Origin: Octopus sinensis
Taxonomy: Eukaryota
Direction: 5' to 3'
NCBI RefSeq assembly: GCF_006345805.1
Contig: NC_043015.1
Coordinates: 4,836,001 to 4,900,000 of the forward strand
DNA: 64,000 nt
Shown here: piece after piece, positions 38,778-52,980 of the stretch
Layout of the letters: every line of letters begins with the position of its first letter
Position numbering within the stretch: position 1 is the first letter of the stretch
Notes under the pieces: model-generated
Told to the model about the DNA's origin: nothing
Databases searched by the model: none
Seen by the model: the letters and a program-made list of their open reading frames with translations, nothing else
Translations under genes and position numbers: made by a program

Positions 38778-39328
38778 ATTAAACAAATTGTCGAGAATGT
38801 CGCAGACAAGATAATTCTTCTTTTGCAAAATGCATCCATCCCTTGTTTTACAACTGAGTCAGTTAAACCGAAGTTCTTAAACATTCTATTCATGAAGTAG
38901 GAAGGGCGACTGTAATCTGACCGATTCTTCCTAATCAACCGCTAAAGTTCTGTTTAGATACCGCTTGATCTATTACACCAAAGATCACTTTACGATTTGT
39001 CCCTTGCTCAATAAAAAAAAAATGTTTTTTTCTCTCTGTGGTATGTGTTTGTCTCTACTACAACAGCAGTTTCTTTTTTACAGGAGTTGCATTTGAAACA
39101 GGAAATGTGAAATAAATCATTTGTTGCATTATTTTTAACTGCATTACTCTTTGTTTGAAATGATGGCACATTTGTTTTCTATTTTTCACATATTTTAATA
39201 ATGCTTGGTACTTTAGATAAATGTTTAAGATTTTCGGTTCAACTGATTCATTCGTAACACAAGGGATGGATGCCTTTTGCTGAGGAGGAATGACAATTTC
39301 CTGCTATGACAATGAAAATTTGTTTAAT
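38778..39328. repeat. Diverged inverted repeat with about 108-bp arms (38778-38885 / 39220-39328)
   Basis: AATGTTTAAG..TTCGGTT.AACTGA.TCA...GTAA.ACAAGGGATGGATGC.TTTTGC is present in both orientations; outer block ATTAAACAAATT/AATTTGTTTAAT. Confidence 0.8.
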
Positions 39329-41183
39329 GGTTTTTTTCACAACTGCATTCATTTCTTTTTCTCCTTCGAATAAAACACATTTTTGAACGTCCTTGTATGT
39401 CTTTACGTGTTATTGGCTTATGAGTCATCACTAAATGTTACCAACACTAAATATAACACGATTATTAATTTTAATACAATGGCCTAAAGTCAAGGTAGAG
39501 AGCAAGTCAAAGGTACACAGCCTGAAGTCAAGGTACACAGTACGACCACATGCAACGACCATTGCAGCGGCACTGGAGAGACGTTCACACTCCAGTTTTC
39601 TTTAAGGTCAATGCGGGCCTACATATCTTTGTCAATTGTATTGAAACTTTCTCTTGGTAATGCATAATTCGAAGCATTTGGGTTAAATCCAATGTTAAGA
39701 ATTTAAACTGTAAAGGCTAGAATCTCTTCAGGGTTTGGTTTTTATAATAACGAAGGTTACTGCTTGCTTAAAAAAATTCAACTCCGCAGCTAAGGCAGTT
39801 TATCATGTTATTTCATATATATTGTGTGCATGTATTTGGTAAGGTAACAAATCGAGCATGTAAAAATAAATATTGAAAGTAAAATATAATATAATAAACT
39901 TATTTTATAATATATATATACATGAATGATATGAATAATGAAAATGCTATATTTTTATGTAAATGAAATAAAATAGATAAACAAAGGAGTTTGTTATATT
40001 AGTCGGCCCCTGGTTATAATGGAAAACACTTGGCCAATGTAACATGTGTCTGAACACGGAAACAAGTTATTTCGAGGCAAAACTCTTACCACTCGGCCAT
40101 ATCTGCACCCCAGAGGAACATCATCTAGTATATTATAAATTTGTCTGCTGTGTTTGATTCCAGACATGTTCGCCCTTCATTTACAATAGATAGCTAGCTT
40201 AAACAGAAGCAGACTCATCGGCTGGTTAATATATTCTAGATAGTTGAATTCGATCTAGTTCATTTACTATGGTTTAAATATAATAATTGTTAGCAAAAGA
40301 TATATATTTCAGATACATTTTCTGTACCAAAATAAAACTAAAGTAAATGAATCGGATATTCTATCCTTGAAACAATTTTATATAACATTTCTTTGAGAAA
40401 CCAAATATAATTAATATAATTCCTGTGTGAAAACTACTGTATAGTATATCGTACACGATCAGCTAATATCATTATCCCAGGAAAACAAAACAGCCAAATA
40501 TGGAATGTATATCAAATAGGTATAGCCAGAGGTCAAATATGATAATTTAAATAAAAGTTGATATCATGATATCCGTGCATATATTCAAATATGTGTTCAG
40601 CTATTCCTTATCAATTTAGACGTATACATGCTTATACTGTCCAACATATAAATTTATAATACACTTTTAAAGTACAAGTTGACTGAGACGGTGATAATAC
40701 AGTTTTGTTATCGACTTTTTAAACAAATAAGGTAAGCTTCGGTTTTTATTCATAACTTTCTATCCGTGCTCTCGTGAATAGTGTATACATATATATCACA
40801 TACTTATACATCGATATATCCATACATATATAGATAGAAATACACACACATATATACATATATATGAATGTATATGTATATAATATAAAACTTCATTGGA
40901 AATGGATGCATGGCGCTCGATCATACAATAATAAAAAATAATATATAAATATATGCATATATACGTACATTTATGTACATATCTACATACATATGTATAT
41001 ATACATGTACATGTAGTGAACAAAATGAGAAACGAGAACAAGCGGGAGATAGATAGAATAGAGAGAGGATGTAGAGTGCGCATCGGAATTATCGGGATAA
41101 AATGTACTGACACACACACATAGTGGTAGGGCCATAGGATGGCGACTTCTAGCATACTGGATGTCCAGTTAGTCGTCATCCCA

Positions 41184-41217
<34 letters not shown>

Positions 41218-41469
41218 TATATTCTGAATTTCACGAAAAATCCCTTGGTAACTTACAAACATATAACCCAATATTTCCGGATTCGTATGATATGGTGCAA
41301 ACCCTTCATTTCCTACCACTAGTGAATTGATGACACTTTGCGCATTATGTTTCTGTAACCACTATCGTTGAATAAAATGTTACTGTATTTTCTGTGCTAA
41401 TACGGTAATTGTTATATATACGATTATATATATACATAGATATATAAGTATGTATATTTATATATATAT

Positions 41470-41523
<54 letters not shown>

Positions 41524-42785
41524 TGAGTGTGTATGTTTGTGACGGAGTGTATGTGTGTATGTAGAGAAAGGGGGGCCGAGAAAGATAATAGGCAGACTGA
41601 TAGATAAATAGACGTACATTTATACAAATATACATATATATATATATGTATATATATATGTATGTATGGATGTATTCAAGTATGTATATATATAGACACG
41701 CACACGCACAGACACATATCCGACTATGTGTTGGTCTATGAACACATTCCATACAATTCTTCAAGATATTCAGCAGAGGAAGAACAAATACGCCTTCGTA
41801 CTAATCGATGACATTTTTCGAATTTTTACGAAAAACTATTTTACATATACATTCTACTGTATTTGCATGTGTATGTGCATCTATATGTGTGCCTGCATAT
41901 ATGTAGGCATCATTGCATTTATATTTCTATGCAGGTAGGTTTGTACATTGTGTGTTTGTGTAAATTTTCAACATTATTCTATGTATAAATCAATCTAGCT
42001 CCGCGTTTTAGTTTTTCTTCTTACGAGAATTTACTTCATATTGTATGTCAGTATTTTTGTGTTCCTTGTGGGTGTGTCTGCTCGTGTGGATTCTGTGTAT
42101 GTTTTGATATATATATATACCTAAATTTATTTCATTCGTGAATATCTAACTTAAGAAAAGCTTACTTATATAAGTCTATTAATCATATTGTCTTACTTTG
42201 GTTTTTTTGCTTTGGGCAATAAAAAAAGCTATACCAGATTATTGAATCTATAGTAAAAATGTTACATTCAACAATATTTATCAAACATAACACCATTGGA
42301 GTAATATCTTATTATGCAAAATACAATTATATGAGTTTCCATTGAAGACAGATAAGTGAATGAAAATTTAATAATAGATTGGCATCTTTGTCTAGATCTC
42401 AAGAATTATGTAAGAAATGTTTTTGTTGAATTTTTTTAAAGAAACATATATCACAAAATATATTGTTCCCAATTTCAAGCCTGATGTAGCAATTTTGGAT
42501 CGTATAATATTGTTTACACGAATGTGCTTCACTGGCATTTACGACATAAATTTATCAATTGTATTATTTGCAAGGCAAGTTTTAGATTGGAATTAACCAC
42601 CGTTAATATAGATACCATGGAGATGATTTTCAATCTTCCGATCGAACCAGAGGCTAGAATCTGCAATAGTGTCTTCATATTTCTAACAAAATATGCTAGT
42701 GGCAAGTACTGACAAAAGTGTTGTGGTTCTTCCGTGATAAGTCAGTTGCTTACTTTCAAAGACAGAGTCAATAATATATATCAAG

Positions 42786-43016
42786 GGCGGTGAGCTTGCA
42801 GAAATGTTAGCGCGCCGAGCGAAATACTTAGCGGTATTTCGTCTGCGGTTACGTTCTGAGTTCAAATTCCGCTGATGTCAACTTAGCCTTTCATCCTTTA
42901 TGTGTCGATTTAATAAGTACCAGTTACCCATTGGGGTCGATGTAATCGACTTAATCCCTCTGGCTCTCCTTGTTTGTCCCCTCTATGTTTATCTCCCTGT
43001 GGGCAATAAAGAAATA
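42786..43016 (+). mobile_element. SINE family B
   Basis: GGCGGTGAGCTTGCAGAA...GAGTTCAAATTCC...GCCTTTCATCC...GTGGGCAATAAAGAAATA. Confidence 0.9.
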
Positions 43017-43514
43017 TATAATATATATCAAAAGGATCCCGTCAGGTGCGTTAACAATTCCGACTCTTTAGCATCGGTGTAAGGAAAATGCCTGGTAGTA
43101 TTATAATATTTAGCTGATTATCAATTGCCTCAATCAGATAATATGAATCCTTTGATACGTTAGACAGTTTAGTGATAGACTTCAATCTTTAAAGTTTGGC
43201 GTCTCAGTGACAACAACCGATTTAGTAACCATGTTTGTTGTTCGAATGATGGGAAGTAACGCAGTCTGAAAGTTACATGCTGAAGTTCAGTTCCCATATT
43301 ACCCATAGCTATACAATATAATTGTAGCTAATTTTCGGTTTTACGCAATGATACCACACATAGGTGAAATTGTCTCACAATTGGAAACTAACCTATTCGT
43401 AATCTTTAAATGTTTATTGGTACATCAGGTATAGCAATTTCTTTCCTGCGATACCAGGAATCAAATTGTTCAAGTGTGTTATATGTATAAGGCCAGCAAT
43501 TTCCGAGAAGGAAA

Positions 43515-43647
43515 AAGTCAATTACATCAACAGCAGTGCTCAACTGCTACTTATTTCATCGACCTCAAAAAGCGTAATGTCGACCTCGGTAGAATTTGAA
43601 GTCAGAACACAAATACGGACGAAATGCCGGTTCGCAATTTGCCGGCC
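43515..43647 (-). mobile_element. Decayed SINE family B fragment
   Basis: AAGTCAATTACATC...ATCGACC...GTCGACCTCGG..GAATTTGAA.TCAGAAC. Confidence 0.65.
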
Positions 43648-45061
43648 TTTTTAAGGTTTCTAGCAGATTGCAGTTTTATAAGGGAATATATTAATACTCA
43701 TGGGTGGGGTATGCATATTTGGTCAACCTCCTTAGTTTGAAGCCATAAAATATCGTGTACAATTTCCTGTGCATATTTCAATGCAATAAATCCTTGTATT
43801 TGGAGGAAATTTCTTACCTGTCAATTTTAATTTGGATTTACGAGTTTCGGAATAAGTCTTTCAGAATTCATGAAATCCTACAACTACTTACTGGCATTTT
43901 GCCATACATATTAGTATTTGGTTTTTCTGAAATAAAGATTTTATTTTGTTAGGCTATATCAAATTATAAATGTGGAAGTTAGTATATATTAGATTCACCG
44001 TACTTGTGCTCTAACTGTGCTGAATCTCCTAAACATGTAAATCTGTTACGTGTAAGTTATGATTCCCTATTAAAAGGAATTATTAGTACCCTTTCTTAAG
44101 TTCTTGATCTTCTAAGACAAATTTTTGCTCCATAAGACGCTATAAAGATTTTTAATAATTGCAAGTGAACGTTTTATTGCACTGTCCGATGTTCCCAAAT
44201 CAGCCGAGAATTGTGAAGGAAAAAATATTTTAGCATATCTCCAATACTCTCACCTATTTTCACTATTGCTGATTATTTACGTAATATTTTCTATTAAAAC
44301 GCCGATTCAACTCGAAGGGTTGGAAGTTCAAATACCTCAAATTGTTTAAGTTTCGTTAAAATGGAGCCATAAAATTATTATATTGTAAACTTAAAATTTC
44401 AATATGCATATGGATATACATATAAATATGACTGTTGTACAACGACAAATATATTTTTCCCCGACATAAAAATACCTAATTCTTAAAGACTAATATAGTG
44501 AAATTATCACATTCATTAAAACAACAGAAAGCTAGGAGAATAGTCTTCTCTAAAATATGAAATGTAAAAATATGTACGACTATATGTATGTTTATATAAT
44601 AGCGAGTGGAGATTAATAGTTTTTGCATTATTCGGGTATTTGCTTCTGGGAAAATATTGGATATATGTATTCTATAAAAATGTTTTATAATAATCAAGGC
44701 TGATACTGCTTGAAAAGCCAAACACTACAAGAGAAATGATAGAATATGTATCGACATATTTCTAAAAATAAATATATAACAATTCAAAAACTGAACATAA
44801 TTTCCTTCACCGTGGTACGTTTGAGTATTGACATGGTTTGATATACCATGCTTGCATTGTAAAGAACAGAAAATGAGTGTGTCATCGACTTCGAGATTTT
44901 TATGGTATGGAGATGCTAATCATGCAATTTGCAAGAAAAAGAAACCTACATAAACAATTTTATTTGCGTAGGCTAATAGGGAATGAAATGATCTAAAGTG
45001 TCCTGCTTTGCTTTCCGAATCATCAATAAGACAACTGTGTACTTACAGTTATATGCATGGA

Positions 45062-45287
45062 TACTCTTTTACTCTTTTACATGTTTCAGTCATTTGACTG
45101 CGGCCATGCTGGAGCACCGCCTTTAGTCGAGCAAATCGACCCAGAGACTTATTCTTTGTAAGCCCAGTACTTATTCTATCGGCCTCTTTTGCCGAACCGC
45201 TAGTTGACGGGGACGTAAACGCACCAGCATCGGTTGTCAAGCAATGCTAGGGGGACAAACACATACACACAAACATATACACACACA

Positions 45288-45340
<53 letters not shown>

Positions 45341-45476
45341 CGACAGGCTTCTTTAAGTTTCCGTCTACCAAATCCACTCACAAGGCATTGGTCGGCCGGG
45401 GGCTATAGCAGAAGACACTTGGCCGGAACCATGTGGTTGGTTAGCAAGCTACTTACCACACAGCCACTCCTGCGCC
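45062..45476 (-). mobile_element. SINE family A with a deletion covering the B-box region
   Basis: GACACTT-GGCCGGAACC here vs GACACTTGCCCAAGATGCCATGCAGTTGGACTGAACCCGGAACC in the copy at about 51262. Confidence 0.9.
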
Positions 45477-46039
45477 TATGAATAAATTTTGCCAAATGAA
45501 ATACGTATACACAAATAGAGGAAGCAAGCTAAATCTAACATATAAGAATAACTGGTGGCCTAAACCCACGTCCAAATGCCAATTCATTTCGGCAATAATA
45601 CGTTACCGAGTAGAAATAAAATCGCAAAATCGACGATCGTGTGACACATTTACACTATTTCATACGTTGCCAATAGGAAATTGAACCTACGTAAACAAAT
45701 GTCATCATTTCAGACTTTCCCAATAAAGAATATTAGTTAATAACCAAACATTGATATATACGATTAGAGTCCGAAAAAAAGCTGCAATGTGATGTATTGA
45801 AAAGTAATTTACAGATAAAAATGAAAGCAGTTGCCTTCAAGAAAAGAAGAGTTGACACAAGCAACGATATTACACGTGTAAAATAGAAATACACGTAATT
45901 TTAAAGACACATGCATTTTATTATATACACATATGTCTGTGTGCGTATATATGTATATCTGTATATACATATGTGCGTGTGCGTGTGTATGTGTGTGTGC
46001 ATGTGTTTTGTGTGTGTGTTTGTGTTAATCAAGGGAAAC

Positions 46040-47770
46040 AGGCATATTGGAGAATCATTCGATGCAACAATATATCCAACACCTACCAGAATTGGCGTTG
46101 TAAAGAAAAGCCAATACTGCCCAGAAAATTTCTTATTAAAGAAATAAAAAGTGAATCACTGGAAGAGACAATATTACGTGCGGATTTAGCTTTATGCCGA
46201 CTAGAAGCAGAAATCGCTCTTCTGCAATCACGAAAAGTACAACATGAAGCGGAAGTAAAAAAACATTGACGCAGATATGTTTGCTGAAATCGCTGAGCAG
46301 AGTGACAATCAATGTGATGAAAAACTGCAAAAACTATGGAAGAAAGACACAAAGCGTTAAGAAGAAAAATTCATAAAATTGTGGGAAAAACAGCAGTGGT
46401 TAACAAACTATGAAAATGTCTATGGAGAAAACTCCTTTACGAAAACGAAGCCACAGCAACAAAAAGATACGAGGAAAACGAAAACAAGCATAGACACGAA
46501 GTCCAGAGGATCTGGACTTAGGTATCGAACCACTAATTACCTAAGAATATTCGTGGAAATTACTTCCACCTCGCCCTATGTACAGACTAGAAACCTATGT
46601 CCAGGAGCTGGCTACCCGCATGGTTCATGGTCTCAAGAACTTGTCTTATGAAGAAAGGCTGAAGACGCTCGACCTTTATTCTCTAGAAAAACGCCGCCGC
46701 CGTGGTGATCTCATTCTCGTTCACAACATCATAAGCGGAAAGTGTAACCTCTCGAAAGAGCTGTTCTTCACTCCTGCTCCAGAGCGTTGGCTGCGGGGTC
46801 ATTCCGAAAAGCGCTACCTGCGACGATTTCATCTCAATCGAAGGAGAGGAGCTTTCTCCGTCCGGATTGAGGATCCGTGGAACAAGCTGCCAGACGAGAT
46901 GGTGAAGATGCCGACGACCACTTTGTTCAAAGTCTCCTTGGCCTCAAGTGGCCTGAACTCTTTACATGAACACCACCCTGTACTTAACTCGATATCCCCC
47001 TACATGGCCTTTCTTTTTGCTTTTGAGACAAAAAATTAACTAACTAACTATGTTCCACAATACAAAACACTGCAAATATCCAACACATGAAATCTAGAAG
47101 ACAATCATCTGCCCACAATTTCAGACATCGTAGATGAATAAAAACTAAGGACAAAAGGCATGAAAGACAAATATCATACAGACAACCAGCAGCCTGTAAT
47201 AACTTGTACCCTAGATGGATGAATACATGCGAAGAAAGACAAATCAAATAGGGACAACACAGATACTATAATATGAATAATAATCATCATAATTCATGCA
47301 AAACACGATTTACGACCAAAAATCCCATATATTCTGAATGGCGAAAAAAGCGTGGAAGATGGTAAGAACATTTTTTATAACCAGCAGAATTCGTATAAAA
47401 GACATGAACCATCCTCTTGCCTACATGGGAACCAGGACGCCGAAATCAGAAAATAGAATCACGGTAACGCGGTTCCTTTTTAAGGGAGAAAATACCAAAA
47501 TCACGCACGGGACCCGATAAAACGCAAAATTTAAATGAATATACAGAACATATAAATTCGAAGATCATAAATTTGTCAAATAGAAACCCCAACAAGAATG
47601 AGATGAACTCCCTATTAAAAGGTTTCAAGTCTATCCAGATACTCACCCCTAATCTCATTGAACTGAAATCTGATACTGAACACTTCAAACGCCACCTCCG
47701 CTTTATAAAAGAACATCTGAAGTATGCGTCACAATTTAAGACTGTTAGCCGCATCAAACGCATTTCTTAA
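46040..47770 (+). mobile_element. Decayed N-terminal part of a Penelope-like element ORF, interrupted by a LINE fragment
   Basis: KIINLSNRNPNKNEMNSLLKGFKSIQILTPNLIELKSDTEHFKRHLRF resembles the PLE pre-RT motif (NLS...E..LL.KGL.F.P...D...F.R.LR); A-rich coding-like flanks on both sides of the insert. Confidence 0.55.
46540..47050 (+). mobile_element. 3' fragment of a CR1-group LINE with (AACT)n tail
   Basis: ORF 46578-47039: QELATRMVHGLKNLSYEERLKTLDLYSLEKRRRRGDLI...LRGHS..FS.RI..PWNKLP. Flanked by ACTAATTA (46532) and ACTAACTA (47043). Confidence 0.88.
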
Positions 47771-48754
47771 ATCGATGGAGGTGTAACATCCCACTTGCTC
47801 TCTCTCTCTCTCTCTCTCTCTCGCTCTCCTCTCTTTCTTTCTCCTGTCTCTCCCTCTCTCTGTGCTGTTAATGACACATTTCAAGAAGAAGAAGGGCTAC
47901 AATTATTATGTCAAAAGTACATCTTCGTGGTCGAAATCCTCATCGAGTGTTAGGCATATCCACATTGACAAATTAAAAAAGATGCTATACTTATCTAATA
48001 AATAGAAAGGTCGTTTAAGAATAATAATATATTTGTTGCCCTGTTAGTATTGTGCCCAAAGATAAAATCTTCCTTTAATCCCCTAATGTACTTGAAGACT
48101 AATGTTCTGTATTGTATATCTACAGATCTGAAACACAATGCATTTTTATTTATGGTTATACTTACATACATTTTCCTTGAGCATTATCTAGCACTTTTTA
48201 TTGTCACTCCTTACGGAGAGCGTTCCGTGCAATTTTCAATAAATAAAGTGCACTTCAATGTATTTGCAGTTTAGGGGTTAAGCGTTCCTGGTGAGTTAAT
48301 TGCATTTGGTAATAAATATTGTGTTGCTATTTTCTTACATTTCATTTTATACCTAAAGGAGATGTGAAATTTTAGTTACAACACAAGTGAATTTTAGTCG
48401 ACCCTTCTCCTGACATCCAGGAATATATACATTAAATTTAGAAACTAATTAGCAATATTGAAAGACAGGTTAACAACATGACATTCATTCGAATATATAG
48501 TATTTTATACAGGTCAGGGTTTGAAATATTCAATGAACACACTTCTGCTTCAAACCTGGTTATAAAGTCCTATAACACAATCTACAACCACATAATCGGA
48601 AGATATTCAGTGAGTCTACTTACTGATATTACCTCATAAATTCACTGGAATACCAAAAAATTTTTGAAAATAAACCATATCTTCTTTAGCCACTATAATA
48701 TTAAAAATACATACCTGAAGTTTAGAGCCTTTAAATTTTATTTTGATTGTACAT

Positions 48755-48975
48755 TGTTAATACACCATATAATACACCATATATTTTATATATAATGCAC
48801 CACATATATAATACATCATAATACACCATGTTAATACCCCATATATTTTCTATATAATACACCATATATATAATACATCATAATACGCCATGTGGATACA
48901 CCATGTATTTTAAATATAATGCACCATATATATAATACACCATAATACACCATGTTAATACACCATATATTTTAT
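48755..48975. repeat. Minisatellite, about 62-bp unit built from AATACACCAT subunits, about 3.5 copies
   Basis: CATGTTAATAC at 48827 and 48951 (2 x 62 bp). Confidence 0.85.
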
Positions 48976-50389
48976 AGTAGCATTAACACAAATACATTTC
49001 ACCATCAGCTGATTCTCCAGAGTACTGTTTCACCTTATGCGAATCGTAGGTGCGTGCGAGGTTTCATCTGTGGTATCTAAATCTACAATTATAGTAAATC
49101 TGCCGAGGGTACTTTTGATTAAAACAAATTCACCAAAGTAATTTTTAAGAACCTGTAAAATTCTTAAATGTCAAACCGTAATTTTATAGTTATATCTTTA
49201 TGTATTTATTGAAATAATTTTCCAGAAAAATTGAAAAAAGTGATAACTATGTATTTATGAAAGTAAATGTATTCTTTTGGGATCTATCTAATCCAATGTG
49301 TTTGTTGTTAATTGTTTCGTTGTTTCTTTATATTTTATATATTAGTGACACGTGTATAATTATTTCATTGGACAGAAGTTAATTGATTATATTCTACGAT
49401 ATTAGGTTGACATTTTCCCTACAAGAATTTTCCTAATTTACGCCTTAAGGTTATCTCGACGAAACGTCGTAACAAATTCCGTGTTCCTTATATTGCCAAT
49501 TGAATATCTGTACAGATAACCTTAACAAGTGATGTAATAGCACAGCGCACTGTATTGACTTATAAAAATGTTTTATAATAATTTGTAGTATATTATGATT
49601 GCATGACAAAAAACCGTATCCCTACAGTTCATTAATATTTCTTAATTTATTTCCAATCTGTATAAATTCCATTGCGGTATAATGGAGATAAAAGTGTCCC
49701 CTATCTTCAGTAACGTATTCTGTAAAGTGCTGGCATATTTCATGAATTTTAGCCTCTTTATCATAATGAAATGATTCCACATTCCGAAAACGAGTCTATA
49801 AATATAGGGCAGATGACAATTTATATTCTAATTTGATAAATGCTATTCGGGAAAAATGTTGACGCTTAAATCACTTTGAATCTAATAAGAAATATATGGT
49901 ATATATCATATGAGCTGAATTTTGTTTTCCCATTTGTACGTCAAAGTCATCTCACCGCTACTAAATTGGAGACAATGATTTACCACCAATAATAATGTTA
50001 TACTAGTAACACAGCATGACACACTACTGATATTATACATTTGTTTTCTATCCGCCCTTATCAAAAATTGTTTATCTCAGGTATATTCAAGCTGACTTCT
50101 GTGATTTTATTTTAAGATTTCTCTCCTGCTATTTTAAATTTGTGTTTGATGTTATTTTCCTTATTTGCCTTTGTGCTTTTCGTTTTACTGTTTATAAGTC
50201 CCTGCCTTTTATATGGTATTCTGATCAGGTAACCTGTACAATTAAACTGCACGCTCAGCATGTATATCGTGACTTTTATTTTTCAATATGTGTTCTGAGA
50301 AAATATAAAACTGTTGAGTATGTTTTCATAGAGAAAGTGTTCTATATATGTCTAGTGGTAGAAACATAAACATCAACAGGTTAGGGTTA

Positions 50390-50552
50390 GGCGCAGGAGT
50401 GGCTGTGTGGTAAGTATCTTTTTTACCAACCACGTGGTTCCGGGTTCAGTCCCATTGCATGACACCTTGGGGAAGTGTCTTCAACTATAAACCTTGTGAG
50501 AGGATTTTGTAGACGGAAACTGGAAGAAGCCCGTCGTATATATGTATATGTG

Positions 50553-50605
<53 letters not shown>

Positions 50606-50840
50606 TATATGCGTGTGTGTGTTTTTGTGTCTGTGTTTGTCCCCCTAGAATTGCTTGACAATTGATGCTGGTGTGTTTATGTCCCCGTTACCTAGCGGTT
50701 CGGCAAAAGACACCGATCGAATAAGTACTGGGCTTACAAAAGAATAAGTCCTTGGGCCGAGTTGCTCGATGAAAGGCGGTGCTCCAGCATGGCCGCAGTC
50801 AAATTACTGAAACAATTAAAAGAGTAAAAGAGAGTAAAGA
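50390..50840 (+). mobile_element. SINE family A, full length
   Basis: GGCGCAGGAGTGGCTGTGTGG head through GTAAAAGAG tail. Confidence 0.92.
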
Positions 50841-50890
50841 TATGTCAATATCGGTTTATAATTGACTAAACTTTATTTTATTTTTGTTGT

Positions 50891-51101
50891 TTTTTTTACT
50901 TGTTTCAGTCATTTGACTGCGGCCATGCTGGAGCACCGCTTTTAGTCGAGCAAATCGACCACAGGACATATTCTTTGTAAGCCCAGTACTTATTATATCG
51001 GTCACTTTTGCCGAACCGCTAAGTGACGGGGACGTAAACACGCCAGCATCGGTTGTCAAGCAATACAAGGGGGACAAACACAGACACACAAACACACACA
51101 C

Positions 51102-51171
<70 letters not shown>

Positions 51172-51349
51172 TATATATACATATATACGACAGGCTTCTT
51201 TCAGTTTCCGTCTACCAAATCCACTCACAAGGCTTTGGTCGGCCCGGGGCTATAGCAGAAGACACTTGCCCAAGATGCCATGCAGTTGGACTGAACCCGG
51301 AACCATGTGGTCGGTTAACAAGCTACTAACCACACAGCCACTCCTGCGC
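50891..51349 (-). mobile_element. SINE family A, full length, tail-to-tail with the previous copy
   Basis: TTACTTGTTTCAGTCATTTGACTGC ... CACACAGCCACTCCTGCGC. Confidence 0.92.
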
Positions 51350-51673
51350 ATATGTATATGCATTAACTTAATATTAGCTTCAAATTTAAGCAGAAGTACA
51401 CCTTTTTTGGGACTTCAATGCTCAACTCGTAATTATTTTATCACCACGGAATAAGGAAAGGCAAAGCCACCCTCGGCCTGTTTGAAGTCAGAAGCGAAGG
51501 AGGAGATGCCGCTAAGCATTTTGCCCGGCATGCTAACTATTCTGCCAAAGCAGTGATCTTGTTTCTGAGCTCGAATTTATCGACAGTTTTCCAATCGAAA
51601 GTAATAACATTTTCAAGAATACGCCTGATAAATATATTTATTGTAATATATACAGTTTTAGTTGTATGTATGC

Positions 51674-51751
<78 letters not shown>

Positions 51752-51822
51752 ACAATAAGAATGTTTGTCATTATTGATTAAGAATTGTGGAGCGTATCAT
51801 TTACTTTTTTTGTTGTTTTTAG

Positions 51823-52061
51823 ATATATATGTGCATCGTGATTTAAATCTAATTGTTGATATTGCTGATGTTCAAAGGAAATGGGAATTGAAACTCTTTA
51901 TTGAAATAAATTTTGTTTGTTCAACGTCAGTATCCACAGGGGATCTGAAGGAGGAAACTGTTTACGAACGAGAGGAAATGTATCATTATGTGAACAAACA
52001 CAAACAGAAATCACAGGATTCTATAGCTGAACAAATGAAAGCTAACACAGCATTTATATAA
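51823..52061 (+). other. Candidate exon of an unknown gene (unverified)
   Basis: Pyrimidine tract TTTTTTTGTTGTTTTTAG, then a 79-codon open, non-repetitive frame; no recognisable domain. Confidence 0.2.
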
Positions 52062-52980
52062 TAGGCACAGGAAGTTTCATTTTTAAGAGGTTACAGGTTG
52101 ATATTGCTACCTAAACCTAACAAGAAGGTTTTAAGTGTAACTACACTTTTAAATGCGAAATAAGAATATTATATACAACATGTGTAATCTCGGTCCTGTC
52201 ATGAGCTCTTGGTGGTTTATGTATTGTGTGTCTATAATTGAACGCATATTAAACATTCTGTACAATTGAAGACTAAAACCAGTACTGAATGTCGAAGGTT
52301 GTACAGACTACGCAGCTCAATAAAATATGCATCATTGAGTTTATTAGTTTAAGTTCAACCGTTAGTGAAATCGTAGCTCTTTTTTTGTTTTGTGTTTTTT
52401 TTTTTTTTTGACGCCTTTCAACTAAATTTCTGCAGTGTACGGAATCGCTACCAAATGAACATAACATTTCAATAAAACGAAAAATCCGCTGGTGTCTAAG
52501 TGAAAAGACATCACTGTTAAAAGTCTATATATAGCCATTAATAACCCCCAAAGTAATTCATATTATTGACAGTTTCATGAATTCTTGATAATGGATGTCC
52601 GTTGAAAATTAATTACAGAATAATTATTTCTACAAGTGACTGATTCCTTAAGATGCTTGATTAATCAATGCCTAATTAGGACAAAAAATGTGTAATGAAA
52701 ATAGAAGACGTATTTCGATACCAATTAGGACATGCACGTCAATTAGAATAACATATTTAAGAACTAATATATTTCGTTTAAAAATGTGAACTGAAACAGG
52801 ATTTTGTTGTTGTTTTTGTTTCTTTATTTTTACTGATTGTATATAATTAATATCTCACTTCTGTCTGCGAGTAATGTCTGTATTTGTAACAGAAAATGAA
52901 GTTATCAATTTAGAAATCAATAAAAAGTTACAAGCATGAAAAAAAAATGTTTCTTTTCATCGGATGCACAATTTGATATA

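Noticed and set aside
39610-39720. Possible minus-strand exon
   Set aside because: Weak donor site, no recognisable peptide, and no partner exons.
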